Below are positions 29,821 through 43,850 of a stretch of DNA of 64,000 nucleotides, in pieces. The stretch is from Eledone cirrhosa. Its lineage: Eukaryota. Location: the NCBI GenBank assembly GCA_964016885.1, contig OZ024743.1, positions 123,256,001-123,320,000 on the forward strand, given 5' to 3'. Under the pieces are notes generated by a model. That model searched no databases and was not told the DNA's origin. It saw only the letters and a list, made by a program, of their open reading frames with translations. Within the stretch, counting starts at the first letter, position 1. Each line of letters begins with the position of its first letter. A program made the translations under genes and the position numbers.

Positions 29821-31215
29821 TGGATTGGCAGTATCGGTAGAGAGTCGGACACCATGCTTTGAAGCATTGAGTTACGTCCCTTTATGATCTGAGTTCAAAT
29901 CCCGCCGAGGTTAACTTTGCCTTTCATCCTTACGGGGTCGATAAAATAAAGTACCAGTAATGTACTAGGTAATTGCTGTCCTTGTGCTTAATATAGAAAC
30001 AATTATTATCGGTGAATTGGCAGTATCGGTAGAGGGTTGGAGAGCATGCTTTCTAGCATAGTTACGTCCCTTTACAGTCTGAGTTCAAATCCCACCGAGG
30101 TTAACTTTGCCTTTCATCCTTACGGGGTCGATAAAATAAAGTACCAGTAATGTACTGGTTAATTGCTGGCCTTGTGCCTAAAGTAGAAACAATTATTATT
30201 ATATGTCCAGAAGAAGGGCGGTGGATTGGCAGTATCGGTAGAGGGTCGGACGCCATGCTTTGCCGCATAGAGTTACGGCCCTTCATGATCTGAGTTCAAA
30301 TCTCGCCGAGGTTAACTTTGCCTTTCACCCTTATGGGGTCGATAAAATAAAGTACCAGTCACGCACTGGGGTCGATTTCATCGACTTTTCCCTCCCCACA
30401 AAATTGCTGGCCTTGTGCCTACATAAGAAACCATTATATGTCCAGAAGAAACCATTATATGTCCAGAAGAAACCATTATATGTCCAGAAGAAACCATTAT
30501 ATGTCCAGATTAGGGAGATGCCTTGGCAGTATCAGTGAAGCATCGAACAATATGCTTTGTGGCATATTGTTATGGTCTTATACGTTCTGAGTTCAAATCC
30601 CACCAAGGTTTAGCTTTGCTTTTTATCTTTATAGGATTGATAAAATTAGAGTACCGGTAATGCACTCGGATCCATTTAATCGACTTTCCCCTTCCTTTAA
30701 ACTGCTGGCCTTGTGCCTAAAGTAGAAACAATTATATGTCCGGATCAGGCTGGTGGGTTGGCAGCATCGGTAAAGCATTGAACAATATGCTTTGTGATAT
30801 ATAGTTACAGCCCTATACGTTCTGAGTTCAAATCCCGCCGAAGTTAGTTTTGCTTTTTATCTTTATAGGGTTGATAAAATAAAGTACCGGTTATGCACTC
30901 GGGTCCATTTAATCTCCGTTCACATTTCCATCATATTGCTGACCTTATACCAAAAGGTAGAAAGAATTATATCTCCAGATCAGTGCGATGGATTGGCATG
31001 ATCATTAGAGCGTCGGTTAGCATGTTTTGTGGCATAGAGTTACAGCCCTTTAAATTCTGAGTTCAATTCCCACCGAGGTCAACTTTGCCTTTTATCCTTC
31101 CAGGGTCGATAAAATAAAGTACCAAGTCAAGCACAGGGTTCGATGTAATCTACATTCCTCTCCCAACAAATTATTGATCATGTACCTAAATTAGAAATCA
31201 TTATATCACCAGATT
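29821..31215 (+). mobile_element. Head-to-tail stack of six SINE family 1 copies
   Basis: Units start at about 29821, 30011, 30219, 30523, 30750 and 30989. A 21-bp unit is repeated four times at about 30426-30509. Confidence 0.9.
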
Positions 31216-32370
31216 CACTATCCCCATCCCGCATCTCTCTATTACATGTTAGCCCTATTGAATTTTCAAAGCTCTTTCCTTTGAATACTTTTGTTTTAAA
31301 TTTCATTAAATCTTATTACTTTTCTTCTCATTACGGCTATAATTCCAATGGATTATAAATTATTTTTGAATCATCATCTTATACATAGTAGTGTGCAAGT
31401 GTATGTGAGTATGTTGCTTTAGAAATATATAATCCTTCATAGAATTCAAATTGCATATGTGTACATATGGCCCCATAAATGTGAGCCATGCTTGCTCTTG
31501 TGGTTCAGTTCTCTTCTTGCTAGACATTAAAACTTCCCTTTATAAGTTGTTTTTGTTGTTGTTTAATTGTTGTTTAGCCCCAAGTAAAACCTGACCTATG
31601 ATGCAAAGAAGTTTTGACCATTCTGCTTTTGTGGGAGCTTTCCAAATTTTAAAAGATTGGATGTGATTTGAATAGAATTTGCTGCTGTTCGTAGTCTGAG
31701 TGACAAGATTCAGTCTTCTGTGTGAAATTGGGCTTTCATAAGTTAAGCCTGTACATCGTATTTATAAGCATAGGTTAAGTATCTCAGAGAACATTCTGAG
31801 TACTAAACAAATATACGATACGGTATTACAAATGTAATACAGCGAATCGACAAACTAAGATTAAGATTATTCATGCAATTAATAGAAAACATGTCTAGGG
31901 GTGTTTAAGATCTAAAGCCAACAACAAACAAGGGAGATAACTCAAAAAATATCAGCCACCAAAAGACTTTGGAAAATAAAGACGATGCAGATTGGAATGG
32001 ATTTATTCATCCTTTCAACCTAGATTTCATTACTTTGTACTCTTCAACACTCACACACCCCCGCACGCACACATACATACACACACAACTACATATATAC
32101 ATACATACATATAGACACACATACATACATTCATACATACATACATACGTACATACATGCACATTATAAAGGAAAACAAACCCAGAAAAAGTCTACTACC
32201 ACTTCATTCCTTTTTCTCATAGCCCCCCCCCCCTCTCTCTCTTTCTTTCTTTCTAGAAATAGATAGAAATATATAGTTAGCAAAAAGTAAAGAAAAGAGA
32301 GAAAGAGAAGGAAATGAGAATGAGAGAAAGATATGAGAGAGAGACAAAGAGAGAGGATTAAAGAGATAGA

Positions 32371-32416
<46 letters not shown>

Positions 32417-32751
32417 TATCTGTGTTTTTGTTTCGTTCTTTTCAGATATTTCATGTCCTTTCTATAATATTTCGTTTTGTCTTTCAACCCATCACTTCAT
32501 ATTCATACATCGCTGACCTCGTCCCTCACTTTCCCATCTCTACCCTCCCTTTTCTTTTCGTCTCTACTCTACCTCCATCACGACCACCAACCCCTTTCCC
32601 TACCCTACCATTCCATCTCAAACCTGCGACTAATTCGGTTAAGATGTCGTTCTTATGGCATATGTAATACTTTTCACATCCGCGTCCTATCGTGACTAGC
32701 TTCCATATTTTCCCTCTCTCATGCCTTTATACACTCACACAAACACATACA

Positions 32752-32837
<86 letters not shown>

Positions 32838-32863
32838 TATATATATATAAGTATATATATATA

Positions 32864-32954
<91 letters not shown>

Positions 32955-32992
32955 AATAAATATGCGTGTGTCTGTATGTGTTTGTGTGAGTG

Positions 32993-33056
<64 letters not shown>

Positions 33057-33131
33057 CATACTTACATACATGCATGCATACATATATGCATATTTATATA
33101 TACACGAATATATATACACACACACACACCC

Positions 33132-33188
<57 letters not shown>

Positions 33189-33329
33189 TATATATATATA
33201 GTGTCTATCTCTCTGTCTGTCTCATTCCCACACCTTTTATATCTTCGTTTTTGTGTTTTTTCTACATTTATATCTTACTCTCCCCACCACTCTTTCAGTT
33301 TTAATACTATCCCTCTCTCTCCCTCTCTA

Positions 33330-33363
<34 letters not shown>

Positions 33364-33652
33364 ACACCATTCTGTCTTCCACCCTCCCTTTTCCCTAAAT
33401 TTCTCTAATTGCTCCCAGAAATCATTTAAACAGACGCCACAACCAAATGACATATGCTTACATACTTGTATGTATGCGTACACTGAAGCTGAAACACACA
33501 TAACCACACACACACAAGCACACTCCCACACAAACAGTGGATGAGATTGTACGTAAGCAAAGAGGGAGTGGGAGACAGTGACATACGTATTCCCATATTA
33601 TCACACATGCTTGCGTAGTAAAGAACATTTTGCTTTGCACACGTATATGTAT

Positions 33653-33698
<46 letters not shown>

Positions 33699-33856
33699 CC
33701 AGTCGCTTCTGGGGTTCCTATGCATCTCGTAAACATTGTCTCTCATTATTCCACAATTAGCGGACAAAATCGACTTATTTTGTCATTTCGTGTAAGTTTT
33801 CACTCTTTCTACCCAACTACACTATTTGTGAGTTTATACGTACACACACACTAATA

Positions 33857-33923
<67 letters not shown>

Positions 33924-33983
33924 GCATATATATATATATAGTATATATATATATATATATAGTATATATATATATATATATAC

Positions 33984-34440
33984 TTCCAGCATGGAGTTAC
34001 GTCCCTTTGGACGTAACTCCATGCTGGAAAGCATGTTGTCCGACTCTCCACTAATACTGCCAATCCGCCGCCCTTGTAATAATAATAATAATAATAATAA
34101 TAATTGTTTCTACGTTAGGCACAAGGCCAGCAATTAGCCAGTGTATTACTGGTACTTTATTTTATCGAGCCCGTAAGGATGAAAGGCAAAGTCAACTTCG
34201 GCGGGATTTGAACTCAGATCGTAAAGGGACGTAACAATGCTGGAAAGCATGGCGTCCGACCCTCTACCGATACTGCCAATCCACTCGACGGGATTTGAAC
34301 TCAGAATAGCAAGGGCCGTAACTCTATGCGTCAAAGCATGGCGTCCGACTCTCTACCAATACTGCCAATCCACAATAATAATAATGGTTTCTGATTTAGG
34401 TACAAGGCCAACGATTTTGGAGAAGGCAAAGTCGATTACA
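33984..34440 (-). mobile_element. Cluster of SINE family 1 copies and fragments
   Basis: Fold-back 5' fragment 33984-34070, full copy 34101-34284, 5' half 34287-34372 and 3' fragment 34382-34440. Confidence 0.85.
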
Positions 34441-36043
34441 TGTTTGCGTATCATCAGCCACGACTTGCCCATCACTCCGCGTTGAGGGTGTTGGCAGTAG
34501 ACGGACTGCTTCACCAATGGAACGTGTTGAAGTTGAAGATCAGGCGTTCCAAAATGGTGTGACGAGAACGGGGGAAAGGCACAACGGTTAGGCGGTAATA
34601 TATTTTTATTCTACAATATTTTGTGGATTGAAATTTGCTGACGCAAGCCCTAACCTGTTTCCTTGAATTCCAGGTCCTATTTTATAACTGCGGATGTTCC
34701 AAACCTGTCCATCACATCGAGTGACACCGTAGAAGCTCTCTTATTGCCTCATGTGGTTTTGTGTTACTTCTCGTTGCTCTATACGAAAGTATGATAGAGA
34801 AACTATAAAACCGTTATGAGTTTCAAGAAGACAAAATGGAAAAAAAATTGAATTAAGAAAAACAGTTTTTCTCTATTTTAACGTTGGCGTTTTAAGAATG
34901 TGCTTGTATGTCTGTGTATGTGTATGTGTATGTGCCTGTCTGTAGCTGATTGGGTGTGATAATTAGTAGACTGGTTTCAAATCCCAGGTTCTTTATTTAA
35001 AACTCCGACGTAATATCTGCTGGATTAATTATCATTCCACACACAAACAATCACACAGAGAAGCTAGAGATAGAGAGCCTGTGTGTAAATGTATTTGCGC
35101 ATGTGTATTTATGTGGTGTGTATGTCTCTCTCTCTCCCCTTCTCCTGCGCGCGCTCTCTCTCTCTGTTTGCGTGCACTTACGTATACATGTGTGTAAATG
35201 TGTGTGTGTGGGCGGGGGGATAAAATTACTTCCTCCATGATTACTCCATAAACGGGAATCGTACTTTCCTACCAGTATGACTACATTTTTATTTTCACCA
35301 ACACAGGCTCTAACTGATTAAATGGCATTGTCGATATTTCAAGTTTGCCTTGTCGGAAATACAATATGCATTCTTTCGTAATGCAATACTTTTTGAGTCA
35401 AATTTACGAAATGGAGTGAAATTTATATCTTTAACTAGAACGTGATATATTTTCGGAAAATATAAGAAAGCAAAAGTTAATTGAGAGAAGGTCTTCGTCG
35501 CTTAACCCATCAAATACTGATTTATTTTTTTAATTTGTTATAAATTAAAAATGGTTAATTTTCATAAAATCTTATTGATATGTATTTTTATGCGAAATAT
35601 TTTATTCTGTTACACATGTGGCACATTTTTATTGGGACAACTTAATCATAGTAGGATATACAAAGCTCAATATGATTAGAAACTGAACACAGTTAAGAAC
35701 TAGCATCAATATAATGAACTAACCTCTCCATCAAAATGCGTGACCCTGTATCTATGCTAGAAATTATTTGCTATGTATTGTGTTAGAACGAAGTTCCCGT
35801 TGCTTTCTAGACGTGATTATAAAGACGAAACAAAATGTAAATGTTATTCTATGATAATTGACATATTTTATCCTAAGGTCATAATTATTCACTGACTTTG
35901 ATGAAAAATATATATTTTGATACCGGCAATGATCCTTTCCAGCAATGCTACAATGTCATGTATTTCCTTAATAACAATCTGATTGTGACTCCTGGATTAT
36001 GTTGTGATTCAGTCAGATCATGTTCATATTTTACCAAGCCCAT

Positions 36044-36270
36044 AGTGAAGGCATGTGGCTGAGTGGGTAGAGAATTGGATTCGCAATCGTGAGGTTGTGA
36101 GGTCGATTCCCAGACTTGGCGATGCGTTATAACCTTGAGCAAGACACTTTATTCCACGTTGCTCCTTCTACCTGGAGCTGCGACCGATATATAGGATTAG
36201 CAATTGGAAAGACCAATGGAAACATTGTTTCCTCGGTCCGATTTGACGAAAGTCGATTGACTGTTGATAG
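36044..36270 (+). mobile_element. tRNA-derived SINE family 2 with a CORE-like segment
   Basis: A-box GTGGCTGAGTGG, B-box GGTCGATTCC and CCTTGAGCAAGACACTTT. Reverse copies at about 58540-58760 and, more decayed, 53430-53610. Confidence 0.75.
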
Positions 36271-36794
36271 CAAAGGTTTATGATTGTTGTATGGGTTGCA
36301 TTGAGCTATTGGATCATTTGCCGTTCTGTGGGATTAGCGGTTTTCTTCAATTAGAGTTAGGAAAGCTCAATTGTCGAGTTACGTTGGTTGTCTACAATGA
36401 GGAAGACATTTTACGGGAAGAACTTGCCAAACGAAATTGATAACAGAATTGGTGAAATATCAGGGTACTTGAGGTTTTATTTCAATTATTAGTACAGATA
36501 TTGCCAAGTATGAATCTACTGAATACTTTGAAACGAGTAGCGGATAAAATGTCTGAAATGTGTCTCATTTTGTTAGGTCAAATGAATTCAAAATTTACTC
36601 AACACGACATGAAATATTTTTGAAAGAGGAAATATAACAACTCAAACTTACACCATGAAAAAACCATTTACCGCAATACAATGCAATTATTGATATAAAC
36701 TAATTACTTTTTAATACACTTCGTATAAACACTCACCATACCATTTTAAATCACAACCACAGTATGTAGGGATTAGAAATTGATTATTTCATTA

Positions 36795-36958
36795 ATTGTT
36801 TCTACTTTTTGGCACAAGGCCAGCAATTACCCAGTACATTACAGGTACTTTATTTTATCGACCCCGTAAGGATGAAAGGCAAAGTTAACCTCGGCGGGAT
36901 TTGAACTCAGATCATAAAGGGACATAACTATGCTAGAAAGCATGCCAATTCACCGCCC
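36795..36958 (-). mobile_element. Internally deleted SINE family 1 copy with target-site duplication
   Basis: Flanked by TTGATTATTTCATTAAT direct repeats at 36781 and 36959. Confidence 0.85.
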
Positions 36959-37296
36959 TTGATTATTTCATTAATATGTGCTAATTAACTATATTAATAA
37001 CTAATTTTCAATTATTTAACATCAAATCATTCTAATATTACTAACATTCCACGACAAAATATACATAGGCTACACACATACACACACACATATATCTTCT
37101 TCTTCTTCTTCTTCTTCTTCTTCTTCTTCTTCTTCTGCCACTTGTATTCGCAATCGTATTCTTTCAGTCATTCATGACCACGGGTAAGGATTAGCTTGAT
37201 ATTCCATTGCACCATCTCCCATAGTACCTTACTGCTTTTCGTCTGGAGTTGCATATTTCTCCGACTGGTGCCCGCTTAAATCATAACCAGCTATCA

Positions 37297-38014
37297 TATC
37301 AACTAGAAATAGATTGACATATATGTAAAATAAACACATAGAAAAATCACAGCGAATAATTTGTAAAGAATGTAAGCACACATAGTTAGGTAGGTAACCA
37401 ATAAAAGTTTAACTAAAACTTCAAATATAGATACCTTTTAAAATGATTAATCTCCTTTGTATATATTTCTAGTTGATATGAAATGCTCGGATCTATTCAT
37501 TGGAATCTTTGAGCTTATTCTACAGTGGATATGGCGCATGTCTCTCAGACATGACAACCCTTAATTTAATTTTGGATATATATATACGGCCCCTTAATTG
37601 TAGAGCTAACTCAGTTGAATGGACTCGGCTGCTATTTCTAGCTGGCGATAATCCTATTCACGCCACTGGGATGACGCTGTACGATGTGTGTATTTTTTAA
37701 AAATGCAACACTGGTTCGAGTCATTCACAGATTTGCATTTGCTTTGTAAACGCAGATAATTATTTTCTTTTCTTTTGGTGACCATCCAGGATTTGACTAC
37801 TGTGATTTACTGATTAATTGGTGAAATATATTTTTTACTTAAAGAAATATATACAAAGAGATTAATCATTTTAAAAGGTATCTATATTTGAAGTTCCAGT
37901 TAAAATTTAATTGGTTACCTACCTAGCTATGTGTGCTTACATACTTTACAAATTATTCCCTGTGATTGTTCCATGTGTTTATTTTATATATGTCAATCAA
38001 TTTCTAGTTGATAT
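37297..38014. repeat. About 175-bp inverted repeat with a ~370-bp spacer
   Basis: 37297-37470 matches the reverse complement of 37842-38014 with scattered mismatches. Confidence 0.8.
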
Positions 38015-38070
38015 ATATATATATAAATATATATATATATATTAATTAAAATAACAGATTAAAGTTTGGA

Positions 38071-38427
38071 TTCTTATATATTTCATATATATTTATCCTT
38101 ATTGAGCCCTCTTTGGATTTTAGTCTTCAAATTTATTATTATTACTATATATATATATACATATATATAGTAATAATTGTTTCTACTTTTGGCACAATGC
38201 CAATAAATACCCAGTGTATTACTGATACTTTATTGTATCGACCCTGTAAGGATGAAAGGCAAAGTTAACCTCGGTGGGATTTGAATTCAGATCATAAGAG
38301 GGACATAACTCTATGCGTCAAACCATGGCGCCCGACCCTCTACCGATACTGCCAATCAGTAATAATAATAAATGTGAAGACTAAAATCCGAAGAGGGCTC
38401 GAAAAGGTTAATATATATATAAGAATA
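38071..38427. repeat. Inverted repeat with a (TA)n centre interrupted by a minus-strand SINE (38174-38358)
   Basis: GAGCCCTCTTTGGATTTTAGTCTTCA / TGAAGACTAAAATCCGAAGAGGGCTC. The SINE is flanked by AGTAATAAT repeats. Confidence 0.75.
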
Positions 38428-38531
38428 TATAAAACGGTAGAGCAAATATTTATTAAAATAACAGATTAAATGTTAAACAAAGAATCGCTGAAGGGTGAAA
38501 GCAGCGATTCTTTGCTTAATCTTTAATCTGT

Positions 38532-38572
<41 letters not shown>

Positions 38573-38607
38573 TATATATATGTATATTGTATATATGCTT
38601 GTATATG

Positions 38608-38673
<66 letters not shown>

Positions 38674-38677
<4 letters not shown>

Positions 38678-38970
38678 AAAGAATAGAGGTGTAACACACA
38701 AGTTATTATATATTGGTAAACGGAATAGAAAATGCTGATAAATTGTTCACAGTTGAAAAATGGTTTAATTAGGAATAAAAGAGTATTAGTGATTGTATGG
38801 GTTAGTATTCAGTTGTGGTTTTAAGTTTTTAAGTTTTTACCGGTTGCGCAAAAACTTAAAACCACAACTGAATACTAACCCATACAATCACTAATACTCT
38901 TTTATTCCTAATTAAACCATTTTTCAACTGTGAACAATTTGTCAGCATTTTCTATTCCGTTTACCAATAT
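38674..38970. mobile_element. Fold-back insertion in (TA)n with ~120-bp arms and a ~35-nt tail
   Basis: 38708-38830 pairs with 38851-38972. The centre ACCGGTTGCGC may be a GAAA-CCGG-TT hammerhead remnant. Confidence 0.8.
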
Positions 38971-38984
38971 ATATATATATATAT

Positions 38985-39425
38985 ATATATAAATGTATAT
39001 ATAGTGTATTTTGCAATACACTGTATGCTTAATAAAAAGCATTTTGAAGACCTTATGCTATTGTTTTAGAGTAGTGACAGACTCACTTACTTTAATTTTA
39101 GCAAACAGGGGGAGATAAAGCTGACAAGGCCTTGTTTCTGCATTTATTGATGCTTATCAAAGCCAACTACTCCTCCCGTTTAAACTACTCCCCTAGTATA
39201 AACGGGAGGAGTAGTTGGCTTTGATAAGCATCAATAAATGCAGAAACAAGGCCTTGTCAGCTTTATCTCCCCCTGTTTGCTGAAATTAAAGTAAGTGAGC
39301 CTGTCACTACTCTAAAACAATAGCATAAGGTCTTCAAAATGCTTTTTATTAAGCATACAGTGTATTGCAAAATACACTATATATACATTTATATATATAT
39401 AGCTATTTCAGAGCAACAATTCTAA
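38985..39425. mobile_element. Fold-back insertion with ~195-bp arms and a U3-A8 hammerhead in each arm
   Basis: Plus strand 39217-39262 reads GGCT-TTGATAA-GCAT caataa ATGC a-GAAA-CAAGGCCTTG-TC-AGCT. The mirror copy is at 39119-39164. Confidence 0.8.
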
Positions 39426-39445
39426 ATATATATATATATATATAT

Positions 39446-39708
39446 AAAATTCAATATGTTGAAAAGGTAACGCACCAGAGAGAGATATACAGTGCGCTAT
39501 CAATAAAACAGAGAATAGGTTATAGGGAATAGGTTATAGATTCCATACACTGGTTGTTTTCCCTGTTTTATTGATAGCGCACTGTATATCTCTCTCTGGT
39601 GTGTTACCTTTTCAACATATTGTATTTTAAAGAGCTCAGGATTTCTTCTCCTTTGAGCCCATTATTTACAGGGAATGGCGAGGGCCTATGGCTCCGTTAC
39701 TTTATCGT

Positions 39709-39710
<2 letters not shown>
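39446..39710. mobile_element. Fold-back insertion with ~65-bp arms and an ~80-nt tail
   Basis: 39446-39511 pairs with 39563-39628, with (TA)n flanks. Confidence 0.75.
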
Positions 39711-39758
<48 letters not shown>

Positions 39759-39769
39759 CATATATATAT

Positions 39770-39852
<83 letters not shown>

Positions 39853-39855
39853 CAT

Positions 39856-39983
<128 letters not shown>

Positions 39984-40819
39984 GGGAGATTAGGGTCTCA
40001 CCAGTTTTAAAACAGTAAGACCAATATTCAGCTAGTACTGGATACTTGGGATAGTAGAGAGGTCTTTGAGGAAAATCTAGTGTAAAATATGCTTTTCAGT
40101 ATAGTGGATTATATGACAATCCTCCAGCTCTCGTAGGCGACGGCTTATTTGCATTGAAACACGTGTAAAAAAACCTATGATGTAATACATCTTTCTTCGA
40201 ATTTCAACAGATGTTCCTAGTGCCTTTATTCACTTTAAATTGTTCCGGGAAATTCTCCTTGGAACATATGCACCATACTTGCTGACGCATCTCGTACCTT
40301 CTAGATACTCATGTTACACAACTACACCAATCACGTTGAGCACAATGGACGGTAAGCTGCCTCTCACATTTTTGTTTCGCATATTCATTTTACACCAACA
40401 TGAATTACTATACATAAAACGGATACTATTATTTTTTCTCATATATATATATATATATATATAAATATAAAGGTTTACATATACATAAACATAAAGTCAT
40501 AGATATATATGTTGCAACCGGTCACATTGTAGCTCTATGAAGAATTAATAAATTAAATAATCAGAGCAATATATCATAAATCATGTCCTTAGAATTATTA
40601 GATAAAATATATACCATTTCCTCTCCCAATTAGCATAATTAACCATATAAAAAATCAATTAGACCAAACTATAAAAATAAAGGCTCTTATGAAGAAATTT
40701 CCGACAAATAACCGAAAGCGGCCTCTTCGCGGTGGCCCCAATAGAATATTTATCCAACATTTCAACACCGTGTAATAACTGACTAAATATACCATCAACC
40801 ATACACAATTAGGTGTGTG

Positions 40820-40876
<57 letters not shown>

Positions 40877-41232
40877 GGTAAATCCGAAGGAAAACCAAAG
40901 GAAAAAAGAGTGCTCTATGTATAGAACAGAGCTATTTAATTAGAAACTGAACAACACAAAATATAGCTACTCCATTACCAAAAGTTTCTGGATCTCAGAC
41001 AATATTAATATACGTCTGGATCGTTCATCAGACAGTGATGTAATGGATAGAAAATATGGAATGAGATTTAAAATCTGTTAAAAATTGGAAGTGAGGCTGG
41101 ATAAATAACGGAAAATATACATAAGAAAAGAAGGGTTAGAAAAATAATATATAAAAGTATATAGCAATATAGAAAAAGACATATGTGTGCATACATATAC
41201 ACAGACATACACACATTCAGATAAAAGATATT

Positions 41233-41284
<52 letters not shown>

Positions 41285-41294
41285 ACTATACATG

Positions 41295-41408
<114 letters not shown>

Positions 41409-41419
41409 CACACATATAC

Positions 41420-42705
41420 AAACTTCCTAATGATATTTCTAATATTAAGTCTTCTAATAATAAGTTTGTATTTTCCGATAAGACTAAAAACTTATATGAA
41501 ATAAATAACGATTTATATAACCAACCTTTAACAGATAGTATCACTACCAAATATCAAAAAGCCAAAAATAACACCCTTAATAATATAAATAATGAAGCTA
41601 AAGACATTGCAAGTAAATTAAAAATAGACAATAGAACTGACAGCCTAGCTAAGCGTAAAGCCTATATTACACTGAAAGACCACAAAATAGATTTCAATAA
41701 CAGACCTAGTTGTAGACTCATTAACCCTGCTAAATCAGAAATTGGTCTTGCCAGTAAAAAAATATAAACTAATATAATATTAAAAATAAGAAGTAAAGCA
41801 GAACTTTATCAATGGCTTAATACATCTTCAGTAGTTTCATGGTTTAATATCATACCTGAAAAGAATAGATCTAGATTCACTCAATTCGATATAATAGACT
41901 TCTACCCCTCTATCACTCAATTCTTATTAGCCAAAGCATTAGAATTCGCTAAAAATTACACTAACATATCCGATTTACAAGAGGAAGTAACTTTACATGC
42001 CCTTAAAACTCTACTTTTTACCAAAAATGAATCTTGGGTTAAAAAAATCTAACCCAGAAAACCCATTTGATGTCTCTATGGGTTTCTTTGACAGAGCCGA
42101 TGTGTGTGATTTGGTCGGTTTGTTCCTTTTACACACAATAAGGGAAAAAACTCCCAGGTCACACCATCGGGTTATATCGAGACGACGGACTAGCAGTCTC
42201 TCATACCACGAATGGCCATGACCTCGACACTTTTCGTAAAGATTTAATTAAAATTTTCTTTCACCTAAACCTTAACATTACTATAGATACTAATCTTACC
42301 AACATAAATTTCCTTGACATAATCTTGACTTACTCACTGCTTCCTTTAAACCTTACTATAAACCTAAAGAGAATCTCAAATATATAAATAAACAGTCATG
42401 CCACCCTCCGATAGTATTTAAAAACCTCATCCCTAATATTAGCCGTAGGATATCTACCCTCTTCTCTTCTGAAGAAATATTTAATAAAGCAGCCCCTAAC
42501 TATAATAAGGCCCTCAAAAATAGCGGATTCACTGAACAAATAAAATATATATCTAACCCCACTAACACTTCTACACATAATAATAGGAAAAGAAAAATAA
42601 TCTGGTTCACACCACCCTTCTCTTTAACACTCAAAACGAATGTAGATAGAAAGTTCCTTGAATTGGTAGATAAACATTTCCCCTATCGCCATAAATTTAG
42701 CAACA
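41420..42705 (+). pseudogene. Decayed PLE reverse transcriptase (YRDD type)
   Basis: FSDKTKNLY, AYITLKDHK, CRLINPAKSEIG, FDIIDFYPSI, FDVSMG, GLYRDDGLA, NFLDI and IIWFTPPFS, with stops and frameshifts. Confidence 0.9.
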
Positions 42706-42736
42706 TAAATATATCACCATAAATATAGCGATGAAA

Positions 42737-43436
42737 TTAATTGGGAATTATTTGCATAGATCGTTAAAATATTCGTCGAAATTCATGCGATCGGAGTTAT
42801 TTCTATCAGCTCATTATTTTTTTAGATCATTACTTAGGAGGCAGTGAAGGGTTCAATTATGTCAAGAGTGAAGGAAACTTCGTCAAACTGACTTACCGAG
42901 GGTGTACTAGATACATATAATCTTCAGTGATTTTTCCAGGATACTAAAGTTATGTTTTATTATAACCTATAATCAACTGTTCAATTCTTCGTTTCACTTA
43001 GCCATTCACTCAGTGGTATTTAAACTAAAACCATCTGATATAGAGAAGATAATAAATCGAAATAAAAACGTTTTGATTTCGTTGTTTTGTAAAAACACAA
43101 TGGAAGTAAGATTCGAAAAAATCCGTCCCAGAGCTCTTGATACAAGAATATTACAGAAATCAATATAATCATATAATACAATAACTTTGACAGATACAAA
43201 AACAATCAGAATATAAAAATATTAATTATATTACTTATAACTAGAAACAGTATATAAAAAATAAATCGAAATAAAGACATCTTGAATTCGCTGTTCTGAA
43301 AAAGCTCAATGGACGTAAGTTTCGGAGCAACCGGTTCTAGCGCTTATTTTCATCCATATGGGATCGATAAAATAAAGTACCAGTAATGCTCTGGGATATT
43401 TGCTAGCCTTGTGTCAAAAGCGTCAAAAGTGTGAAC

Positions 43437-43498
<62 letters not shown>

Positions 43499-43784
43499 TT
43501 TCATTTCTGAATTTGTTTAGCAAGATTCTTTATCTGAAAACGTGTGTTGAAACCGATATTGTTATACTTTGTGAGGGTCATGTTGCCAATAAGAAACACA
43601 CGCACCAGTTACTTTCATTTCAATTTATTATAATAAATTTATAAATTTATTATAATAAATTGAAGTGAAAGCAACTGGTGCGTGTGTTTCTTATTGGCAA
43701 CATGACCCTCCCAAAGTATAACAATATCGGTTTCAACACACGTTTTCAGATAAAGAATCTTGCTAAACAAATTCAGAAATGAAA

Positions 43785-43850
<66 letters not shown>

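Noticed and set aside
29821-31215. CRISPR-like repeat/spacer appearance, including the 4x 21-bp unit
   Set aside because: The units are homologous SINEs with no unique spacers and no cas genes, in a eukaryotic context.
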